DNA from: Balanoglossus misakiensis
Taxonomy: Eukaryota; Animalia; Hemichordata
Assembly: GCA_040954595.2 (NCBI GenBank)
Contig: CM082577.2
Coordinates: 496,001-560,000 of the forward strand
DNA: 64,000 bases
Direction: 5' to 3'
Shown: one piece after another, positions 11,945 to 23,700 of the stretch
Numbering within the stretch: position 1 is the stretch's first letter
Layout of the letters: every line of letters starts with the position of its first letter
Position numbers and translations under genes: made by a program
Notes under the pieces: generated by a model
The model's database searches: none
The model's input: only the letters and a program-made list of their open reading frames with translations
Told to the model about the DNA's origin: nothing

Positions 11945-14764
11945 GGAGTCCTGAAAGTAGAATCATTTGCAATGCACATTATCCGTTTGTCTTTCTAATT
12001 CTCCCGCAAAATCGTGGGTCGTGGTACCCTCACATATTTAGAGAAGAAGTCTGGCATGGCAGGGACACAATTGCAGTCACCTCGCTCACTTCTGGGACGC
12101 GTTATGACAAGGAGGAAAAAAGTGGATCCGCGAGAAAGACCACCTCGCCATGACAACGAAGGGATCTCGCAATACAACATCGCGTGATTTGTGAGAGTTT
12201 GGAGGCGGATGCCAGCCTCACGCATTTTGTAACACACACTTTCACTTCGTCAGCGGCAACTGGGGTCAGCGCAGACTTTTCCTTTACGTGGAAAGGGGCC
12301 CGGAATGGTGAAGTATCACAAATAATAGTTATCGGCTTCTTCGAATATTTTCCGGCGATTTTCGATAGAGAAATATTGCAATAAAAAGTCAGACATGGCT
12401 TTTGTAGCTTCATACGACAGCTATGTTTAGAATTGTCTCTAGGATCATAAATGATTACTGCATTAAAACGGTTACTCAATGACTTTTTGACTTTAAGTTT
12501 TATGTTCCCCCATAAAAATAGCTTCTATGGACAGAACAAGTACCCTAGAAAGTTAGTAGATTACAAACTGACTCAGAGATTAAATTTATACTTACATAGT
12601 CGAGAAAAAACTGCCAATCGCGGCAGTCGGTATGTTAATTTCAGGAGTTAAACGTTTGCTTCCGTCGTTTGACGGTAACTTACTAAAAAACACGACTTCT
12701 GTTAAGGACGTGGTCGAGGCCTGGACGTGGTCAGTGTTGAGGTGGGAGTGTCATTCAGTGATCACATGACTATCTGCTTGAAATTCGAACTCTGAGTCAA
12801 CTGAGGTCACTGCGCAGGTCATTGAGTGAGTCGAGTGCGGCAGGTTTTGCCTTCAAACCAAATGAATTGGCCCAATTTCTGAATGTGATTTGTCCGTTGA
12901 AATTTTCACTGATATGACAGCTTTTCTTAAGATTATCAAGCAATCATCCGACATACCGACTCTCTGAAGCATTTAATTGTTGAATCTCACACAATTGCAA
13001 GTTGTGTCCATATGACTATTTTTATGTGATCATTTCTGACTCCTTATTACTCTACCAATATGGTAGAAGTAGTAGGCGATCACTAAACTGGATTTATTCT
13101 GGATCAAAATCGTTCCACAAATTTGGGGAAAAAACACCTGGACGACGACAAACAGTTTAAAGCTGGGATCACCCACAGCAAAAGCCATTGCGTCGGTCTC
13201 ACTGCAGCTAACTCCATTGTTGACTTTTGTAACACAGTTCATACGATGGATTGCCTTTTGCTGCTCAAAGTTTGATCTCTGTGACCTTTTTACCTTCGGA
13301 CGAAGTCATGTTTGATGAGACATATTTGAACATTGTTGAGTTGTTAGCAACAGTGTCCCCAGTACAAAATCTTATACCCGTGTGCCACAACAGTTCTGCA
13401 AGAATAATACTGTCATGTCACATCACAACAGCCAGCATACAATGGCAGTCCTGAAAACGAAAGTGAACCTACATACCGACTTGACATTTTGTTTTTATGT
13501 GGTAATGACATGTTTCAGTCTGTTATCCTGTAAACATACCGTGGTTATACCAAAAACTGTGAACACATCGTCTTCTTTCTCGTCCCGTTGTACCTTGTCT
13601 TTAAAACCTTCTTCAACAAGGAACTTGGCGTCGTTATTGTTACATACCTTAGTAGAATATGCTAAGCATTGTGTCTTTATGATTCCAATACATTACCATG
13701 TTGTTTCCGGAGGCAATAGTTCACACAGATACGTCAGACTTTACGTCTAGTCATACATACGACGCGACGAAACGAGGAAAGAATGCGTTTACACACAACT
13801 CCGAGCAAGAGTCTCGTGGTCCCAACGCGCGCTGTCTGAAAAGTTAATATAATGCTGACTTGCAAGTTGCGTGGGCTCAATGAATTAACTTACTTGGCCA
13901 TAGCGTGTATGTGTGTATATGACCGCTGGAGATTTCTAGTGTGTTAGTCCACTTGTCACACGCTGCACATGTCGTGCAATTACCATGTACATCCTTGGCC
14001 TACATTGATAGTTGAAAACCAGATGTCAACTGTGTGTGACCTGGATGTGTTCTCGTGTGATTGCAGACATGCGATACTTAAATTTTGGTTTAAGATATAC
14101 GCCAAGTAAATGTTGCTATATAAAGGTCGTTGCAATAGATGTACAGAAGAGTGACGGGTACACATACCCATCACGTCAGCCTTAAAGTGAACGTGAGTTA
14201 AATCACAATTGAATGTAATCGCATACTCAATGTTGAAAAGGTGCTCTATTAAATCCAGCAAACTTTACTTATGTTTATTTTCGGCATTACATGAATGTGG
14301 ATTCTATAACTTTCAATAACAGATCGAAGATAGCTTTATTACTATAGAATGCCGTATACTCAGCCCTTACGACCGTACAAACATATCGATCGCCGTCATA
14401 ATAAGGGTCAAACATTCAACGTTAATATTTTAATGATATTTTTCCATTGTTAGTAGAAATATATATTAAACCCTGACAAATATCAGCTGTACTTTCTCAT
14501 GACTATTCCAAGATACGTTGTCCCTCCCACAAACGCAAGGTAGTAATCAATTGATATGTAGTTCACTGCCCATTGAAATATAATAGCTTGACAAGGAGAA
14601 GGACTGGTGGCAAACGTAAAAGCCGTTATGAATCTCATGTCCTTGGTAACAGGTAGAAGTTTTCATTGTCATGTCAAACCACAGGGTTTTCACCCAGGAG
14701 TCAACGTCCGCCAACCGAAGCTTTTAAAAAGTGTCATGTAAATCTATGAAACGACTCTGCCAAA

Positions 14765-17700
14765 ATGGGCACAGTTATTTATACCCTCTCTGCCATCTTG
14801 GTGAGTGTAATTTTTCGTTCGATTTCCATTGTGTACATGTATGCAACCTGTGTAATTATGTGATAATTCGCCCTAGATAGTATTTTCGGAAACACAAAAC
14901 TCACAATGTTGTTAATGTACAATCGTGAAACTACTTTCCCTCTAATTTAGTTAAGTTAAGACAAACATCTCTCTAGGTACACGAGTTCAAAAACCAGACT
15001 GATAATATTCATTCTCATTTCATTTTAGGTATTCGAGCTATTCCTTCGCGTCAAGCCCGGTAAGCGTCGTTTCACACATTTTGCCATTTCAAAATACTCA
15101 TATACACTAAAACTGGTTCATAAAAACCAACGAGGTTTAAGTCTTTCCAAAGTTGAATATAACACATCATCACAATGTCTGAATTCGATAAAAAAAGGTT
15201 AATTTTTATTATGCAGATTTGCTTTCCTGCGCAACGGGTTCACTGGGTGAGGAATCGGTAATCGAACGAACAAACACCACGAGTTCCCAAAACCAGCTGT
15301 TAATATTCAACAACTCTACGTTCTCCTGCTATGGGACAATGGTCGGTCTGCGATTTTGGAGTGTCCAGAATTCGCCTTTCAAAGTTGGCGTCTGGCGGAA
15401 GCTGCAACCTGACTATTTCTCTCTTGTGGGTGAAGTGGAGGTCGCGTCGAACGGTACAGGGAACATCACTGTTAACTTCGTTCAAGGAATTCCGTTCGTC
15501 GTCGGTGATGTACTAGGTGTAAGATGGCTGACCCCTCCTCTTGGATACGACACAATAGATCAAACAGCAATCGTCTTCCATGTCGACATCTCTAGCGAAG
15601 AATATGCAGAAGATCTGGAGTACGGAGCAGTCAAAAATATTCCAGATTACTTCGCGAGGAAATACTCATTGGAAGTGATTGTGAAAAACGAGTGTAAGTT
15701 TTTGTACGTCCATAGTTTTGCTCAGTTCCTGTCATGAACAAAAGACCAGTAGACATTTTATAAAATGATGGTTACGTCCATTTGTACTACACTGGTTTTT
15801 CGTGGTATGATAATGTTTTCAATAATATTTTTCTTTCAGTAAATTGTCCAGTCAATGAAATTGGACACGACGCGGTGAGTCGCACCAATGTGGATGGCCC
15901 GAATATTGCTGTTGTATTGGCTGGTTTGTCGTTTCCATGTTATGGTAGAGTAAGAGGATGGAAATTCTTCAGAAATTCGTCTTCTGAATTCAAACTTGGG
16001 ATCTATCGCCCAGTTTCTGGTTCTTCAGAGATGTATACACTGGTTGGAGAATCACATATCTCAAGAGCCCGTCCTACGATGACTGAAACAGTGATCTATC
16101 TGCCCAAGATGGAACAGATCGAATTTTCACCCGGTGACGTACTTGGTTTCAGATTTGTCAATGGCGGCTTGTTGTACGACAGAAACGCAGACGACAGCAT
16201 TGTCACAAAATGGCGGAACCATAACAACACACAATATGCAAACACTGCTGTAGGCGACAATCTCAGTTTCAGCGATGGCGCTGGCTTTCGGACATATTCT
16301 GTGAAAGCTCTTTTAACAACATATGGTTCGTATAAATTCTATCGCTGTGTGCTTTTTTTTTCAAAAAAAAAAAATATTTTGACATGAAACTAACTATTTA
16401 ATCGACATCAGATTGAGTTAGAAACTCAGCGGCTTTAGTTACCCATCGACTGTTACAGTTACGTTTACAATGGTGAAAGTACCTCATGTTTTTTATAAAA
16501 TTTAGAATATCATGGATGCCATAAAGAAGAAATCTCAAATCGTGAGTTCAACTATCCAGTAGGACGCTACAACAGTCTAAACCTAACGCCCAGTATCTGC
16601 ATCGAATTATGTGGAGAGCGCGGATTCAAGTAAGTCGGTCCAATATTTAATTCTCCTACAACAGCTTATTACATAACACATGTAGCCGTAAATATGTGTT
16701 TCTTCCTGTAAAAAAATCAGAAATATTATGAGAAGGGATGATGGCGATAAAAGTGACGAAAACATCAGCACTTATAATCGCCTCAGGTATAGCCTGCCGT
16801 GTTCTTCGAATTATGTTACTACTATTTGTTGATATGTCTTGTTATATAGATATTCCAGTCTTCAACAAGGCGAGCTGTGTTTTTGTGGTGACACTTATGG
16901 TTCCCATGGCAGCGGTGTTCCATCAAACTGTGGTATCCCATGTTCGGGCGATAGTAGCATCTCCTGTGGAGGACCATTGAGCAGCGATGTGTATAGTGCA
17001 GCAGAATTCCTCGGTGGATTTCAAATATTGCCATTCCAAGGTACATCAAAGCTCTTATTAAACCGCTATTAAATGTGTGTCAGGAAGCGTTAACATTGTA
17101 CATAGCAACATCAAGCTCTGGTCTCGAAACCCTAATTATTGCGAGTACATTCTCTTGTACTGCTGACTTTGTCAACAGGATAAATGATCATGGATCGATT
17201 CCTATATATGCTATGTATAACTTCCAAAGTAATTATGAAAGCAATCTTTTGTCAGTGACCATTCACCCTTTTTGTTACTTCTGGTTATCAATATAGATTA
17301 CCTAAACACATATGGTAATATCACTATCACCACCAATATTTCTAGCGGAAGTGACGTTACCTATACTTTTGACATCAGCGACGGCGCCAGTATCGGACCA
17401 ATGGATGAAGGAGTACCACATTATTATTTCAAGTTAGTCATTTATTCTGGTGTTTCCATAGCTCGGTAGGCAGTGATGTAAACAGCTGCTGACACGCACC
17501 TCTGCCCCGATTAACTTACATTTCTCTGGTCTTTGGGTTCTTTATCGATACATTTTACCCATTTCACTGATACCCATATTATGTATAGATAAAATCGTTC
17601 AACTTGAACATTTTCTTACTCATTCGTAACATTCATTTATACTTCCATTAATGCAGACGCCCTGGCAGATATGCCATTCAAGCAAAGGCTGCAGATAAAT

Positions 17701-20700
17701 GGTCGACTGTCCGTGAAGACACTGCAATAGTTGACGTGGAGACTACGATTGGTAATGTCACGTTTCTGTGTCCCGAGGCAAGAGAGGTTCAAACCACTTT
17801 CACCTGTGACATCGAAATTGACCAAGGAACCAACATGTCAGCCGCTGTCAACTTCAGTGATGCCAGATTGGTTAATTTGCACATTGCTGGTCAGTACATC
17901 GCAAATACTCTTTTTTCCTCAATGCATGCACTTAAAGGTTGACTGTGGCCCATAGAAAATACATTAGGGTCATAAATTGTGCTAAACCACCTGGTTTTTG
18001 CGTTTGCAGATGCCGAAGGCGTGTGGTATGGTTCCGTAGATACGCCCGATGATCGTTTGAACGACCAACCAACGAACGCTGTTTATCTATTGGTCAATCA
18101 ACACGTGAAAGTGAAGGGCAAATTGGTTGGCTGGGAATTGAATGCAATAGCAACAGGGCTCATCACACTACAAGTAAAAACAATCATGAACTATCACAGT
18201 CAGTAGAATAAGAAATCAAAGTTACTCTAATGCTCAACGACACCAGATGATTCACAAGAAAACAGATGACTGGGGTCAGGGTGTTCTCCTTTTGACTTCA
18301 ACAATCCTTGAGTTTTGGTTTCCAAAACTATTGTCAATGGCACCAACAGTTCGTTTATTTAATATTTCATACCATTTTTGACAGATATACCGACCTTCAT
18401 GCCCAGGTCAGAAGTTTTGCTACGGTTCACACAGTTGCATCCCGGTATCGAGTAATTGTCCGGACCAAGAAAGTGTCTGGTCAAAGTCATGTAAAGAAAT
18501 TGGTACATTCAGCTTCACTCGTCGGAGATGCGTCAACGTTACAAGTTCGTCCCTCGTCAGTGAACAGGTATTCAATTCACAGCCGTTTGACTACGAGCTC
18601 TTGCAAGAGTTCCAGTACAGAATTGAAACGCTGGGACTTCAGTACACACCTGTTGATGAGGCCGAGCAGCTGGACGTTGCGCAGGGTGACGTCATAGCGT
18701 GGTACAACTCCAACGAAGGTAAAATCGGCTACGCTACAACGAATGACACTGAGGATGGTCCCGAGTTCCTTCCGAACATTTCGGGACACGAACTCCGTCA
18801 TACATCGGGATACATCGCTCATGCTTCTGATTCCGCGAAGCACGGCTACAAACACTCTCTGCGCGCGCACGTTGTAAGACCTACTGTTATCAGACTTCTC
18901 CACAATTACACCTCGTTGGGCGAGAAAGATATCATCGTTAATATTACAAACGACCTGTCACAAGTTACTGCTTCACACACGATTAAGATACAGTCTGTCA
19001 TCGAGAACGTCACCTTCTATAGTCCCTCAACAGGTAAATAGTTCAAAATCACCAAACTACTCGGTATCATTTATACAGTTTGAAAATTAGCCGAAAGTGG
19101 TGTTCTATAAGTTTTTGTTATCATGTGTAAAGAAATGTTGGCCATCTTAGTTTGATGAAACCACAACAGAAATAATATCAAAAATGTTTGATTTTTCTGA
19201 TTGCTAGCTTGCTAATGTCATTCCATCTTTGCAGGTGTCAGTGGCGAGATCACGCCACTGACCATCGGCAAGCATACCGGTAGTGACATCATCTATTATT
19301 GGCGCTTTGGTGACGGCGGTGAAAACGTCACTTCCGTCAGATCTTGCCAATACACGTGGCAAGAAGCCGGAGTTTATCGGATTCTTCTTCGCGCCAGCAA
19401 CGACATTAGTGAGGATTACTATGAGGTAAATATGATATATCTCTGAGTTAAATAAACCAACATACATTTCCTATGTGACATAGTAAGCGATATTCCAATT
19501 TTTATCTCCGTTTCCAGTCATGGATCACAATCCAGGATAGAATAGAGGAACTTCAATGGATAGGTTCAGATTCCGAATCGAACCTTGAAGACTATCCAGT
19601 AACTCCAAAACCAATCGGTTTGGGAAGTGTTCTCAATTGGACAATCTCCAAAGGTGAGAGTTCATTATGTATTATGTATGGCCATTGGCTTTTGGAAAAT
19701 TCAATAAACTCGGTGTGCTGTCAATGATTAACCTAGAAAACATCTAGATGCTGTAATTCTATATTTCATTGAATCTGAAATGTCGGCAATGGGTACTTTA
19801 CATATTTTAGTAACTATCAGTTTAATTTTCTGTCTTCAAGGAACCAATGTAACGTTCGAAGTGAACCTAGATGTGGATGAAATGCCTGTCTTTTCTTTAC
19901 TTCAAGGAGACGTCTTACAAAACATGTCTGGAATTTTAACAGCTGAGTGCCATGGTAAGACAATACTCAAATCTCCACACTCGGAGGACCGAATTTTCGG
20001 CTTCTTAATACATTCGCTATACATACACCAAACACTGATATTCATAGTTCGCCCCAAACACAATTTGTTTCATTTTGCTTTCGGTGCACAGACATGTCGG
20101 GAAGTGTCCGCTATATCTATCCAACCATTGGTTACTACAACGTGTCCATTAATGCCTCTAATCTGATTGGTTGGCAAGTCATCCACACAATGGCTATTGT
20201 CCAAGTCAACATCACAGACCTTCGCATTGTGCAACCAGACCCCATTCCATATGGCGAAGAAGTACACGTTGCCGTGAAAGTAGACTCGGGAAGTAACATC
20301 ACTTTCAGGGGTCTCTTTAATGAAGTCGAACTACAGAACGAGGATTTCAGTGTGAATGAAGGCTCTCACGAGGGCGCTGTCCAGATAAGTGCGGACAAGT
20401 TTTCCAGTAGAGGGTCTGTCCTTTTATGGATACAAGCAGAAAATCTTGTCAGTGGACCGTTCAATTATTCTGTCTTTGTTCACGTTGAGTACGCAGTCGA
20501 GGATTTACGAATCTGGGTCGATGATGAAGATGTGATACCTGGTACAAATGTTGACGTCACCTTTGACATGGAAAGTGGATCAGGGCTAACTCTGACCCTT
20601 GACCTTGGCGATGGATTTCAGGTGACCTACAGTGAGCTGGAGATGTTTCGATCCAACGGTGACCTTATACATGAAATCTACAATTGGTCTTCGGCAGGTG

Positions 20701-23700
20701 AGTTCAACGTCACAGTAACTGTTGAAAACGTCATAGGTGTTTGGAAGGCGTATCTGATAGAGTATGTCCAGAACCCAGTTTGTAATATCACCTTGGCAAC
20801 CAACTCTCCAGGTGTGATACCCGAAAACTCCAGTGGCACAATCGCGTATACTTGGACATATCATGGTGATGCTGCAAAGCCTCCTACGTCTGCTTCTGTC
20901 AATTACGTCATATCTAGTGACATCGTCTACTTCAGAAGCTTTCAAATTCACACAACAAATCAATCAACAGTTGAACATGATCTGACTATAGCTGATTATG
21001 GCACTTATAATACAGTCATCACCATCTTCAACCGAGTCAGTTCAATGACCTTCAACGAAACAATTGAAATGGAAGAACCCGTGGAAAATCTCATGATCAT
21101 CACAAGCCCCAGTCCACCACACATCCAAGACGATCAAACTCTCGAAGCTACCATCCAATACTCGTGGGGGTCGAGAGTCTCCTACGTGTGGGACTTTCAG
21201 GACAGCTACAGTTCCGCCTTTCTGATTGGCCAGGGAGGACCGACCACCTTCACGCACGCCTACAATGAAAGTGGCACATACCAACTTCAGGTTACCACGG
21301 AAAACCTACTTGGTGTTCAAACCGCATACCTCGAAGTGAAAGTGCAGTACCCCGTCAGAGGGTTCGTGGTGCATGGAAGAAAACTCAACAAACTGGAGAA
21401 GTTGGAAGTTGGTTATATCGCAGTGCCATTTCATCTTTACATGTCCAATGCTATACCACAAGACGAGTTCCCAAGTGAAGCGAACTGTAGTATTTATGAT
21501 GGTCAAACCTTCTTGAACGATCTTTCTGTATCATTAGACAGTGCTGACAGTAGTCGAGACACTGATTCGGAGTATCATGTCCTTTCTTTTCCATTGTTGT
21601 ACTACAACACAGCTGGTGCATACACTGTTAACTTCACAATTTGGAATCTTGTCAGCAACGAGACCTACACTTTTGATATCTACGTTTACGAAAGTATCAC
21701 AGATCTTGAGGATGACGTCAAATACAATGAGTACATGATGAACCAAACCGAAGGCACGGGAAACCAAACCCTCGACCAGAATCCGTTCATGTTTGACAGT
21801 GAAATGTATCTGCCTTTGGAGGAGGCTGTAGTTTTTATTGCATCCCACTCGTCAGGGACAAGCTTGACGTATACGTGGAATTTCGGCGACAAGTACAGCA
21901 GCCATTGTCAAGAAACATCTGCTCCATCTACTGTCAATCCAATGTCAACTTTCTCCTCGTCATCACAAACAGTCACAGCCATTGATCAAAGTACATCTCC
22001 AGAGGAGATAACTCCATCTAACACCCAGAACACCACTATGACCACAGGGAACACCGGATCTCAATCGATTGGCCTGGCAACTTCTCAGGAACCAAATGCA
22101 TCTCAAGCAGCTGACCTTAATACTACTCAAGGTGCTGTCACATTTCATCAAACTGACCTGAAAACTTCTCAAGAGTTTAATACATCTAAAACAACTGACC
22201 TGAAAACTGTCCAGTACACTTCTTTAACCACAGATTTGCCGACATCTCAGTCAAGTGACACGGGAACGGCCTCATGTGAATCGATTCTTGTGACGTCAGA
22301 ACCAAGGGTAATATGGTGGTTTACAAAACCAGGAACATACGTCATCACTGTCAATGTGTCTAACCCTGTCCACTGGGACTCTGAAGTGGCAGTGGTACAC
22401 ATGGAGGCTAGAGTTCAAGGGTTAAGCCTGTCTGATCACGGACCAATGCCGGTCAACACTTCCATACCCTTTGAGCTGGACACCGGAAACGTTGGGACTG
22501 ACGCCTGCTACTATGTCGACTTTGAAGATCTAACAAGCGACATTAGTCACATTGGTTTCTGGGGGAAACAAGAGACTTGTGAGCTCCGTTATGCAGACTA
22601 CTTCAGCCCCAGCAATGCATACTTCTTGCGTTTCTTTCCTGTCGCCAGTTTGTCACTTCTTGCTCTCAAAGAGGCTGGGCAAGACCCCAACATCACTATC
22701 CACAACCACTTTCTCACAATTAGTGAATACACCATCCAGCTTACCGGGTTTAATCACGTGTCAGAAGAAACCATATATCTGGTAACCTCTGTCACTAAAG
22801 GTCCCTGCTATTATCCAACTGTCGAAGTTCAGAGCGAGAATTACTGCAACGATAACTACATCCTCTGCGATGACGTCACTGGTTACCGTCAGTACTTGGC
22901 GTCAACTGAAATAAAAGTTTACTCATCAGTTAAGTTGAACTGCACCACTACAAACAAGGCTTGGTTCATGTGGAGAGCTTATAAACAGCTTGATGATGGC
23001 AACGAAGAAGAAGTAACTGATATGGGTGACACAGTAACCTACGCTGCCCCTCTAAGAACCCTGACTATCCCAAAATTCACATTAGCATATGGTCTATACC
23101 GCTTTGAACTAAACGTCTCAATGGATGGGGAATACGGCGTAGAAACCGTTAATTCCGGGTACTTATATGTAGTAGCAACGCCCCTACGAGCCGCAATTTC
23201 CGGGGGTTCTGAAAGAAGAGTTCGTTGGCACAACATCGTGGATCTGGACGGGCTGACTGAAACGGTTGACCCTGACATTGACCCTAGTGACAAAAGTGGG
23301 ATGAGCTTTATATGGATGTGCCGCAGGATGACGTATAAGAAGGACGCCATCACCGAGGATGACTACATCACAAACGTAGAGTCATTTCAAGTTTGGAACG
23401 AGGATTACACTGTGATGTTAGCAGCAGCCAATGAAAGTGCGGCATTTGAAGAGATCAAGAGCAATTATCAGAACGACAATGGAGGTTGTTTTGGAAGATA
23501 CGGCGACGATGACAGTGCACCCGGAAGTGAGTTGCAAGTTTCATAAATTATGATTTTTAAACAAAGCTGATTGGTTTTTAAATTGAATTTTTGGTTGGAA
23601 AACGACGACTAGTTTTTTCATTGTCATCTTCGATGTTCATTCTTATTTCTTTATTTCTAAATTTACTTGAATTTGGTGAGTCTGCATTTCATCATAGAAT

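Noticed and set aside
13030-13700. Possible degenerate TRPM pseudo-exons on the minus strand (e.g. LAVVM*HDSIILAELLWHTG)
   Set aside because: The resemblance to MHR4 is too weak to support by eye and there are stops in all frames. It is kept only as candidate UTR or lncRNA sequence.
98-13750. Plus-strand ORFs overlapping the WD40 and TRPM genes, and short intergenic ORFs (e.g. 2604-3029, 6042-6485, 13382-13750)
   Set aside because: They are antisense shadows of real exons or short ORFs with no recognisable motif or splice-consistent structure.
22070-22250. Recurring 42-nt units as a possible CRISPR-like or non-coding array
   Set aside because: The units are degenerate, in frame within a coding exon and in a eukaryotic context, with no constant repeat plus unique spacer pattern.
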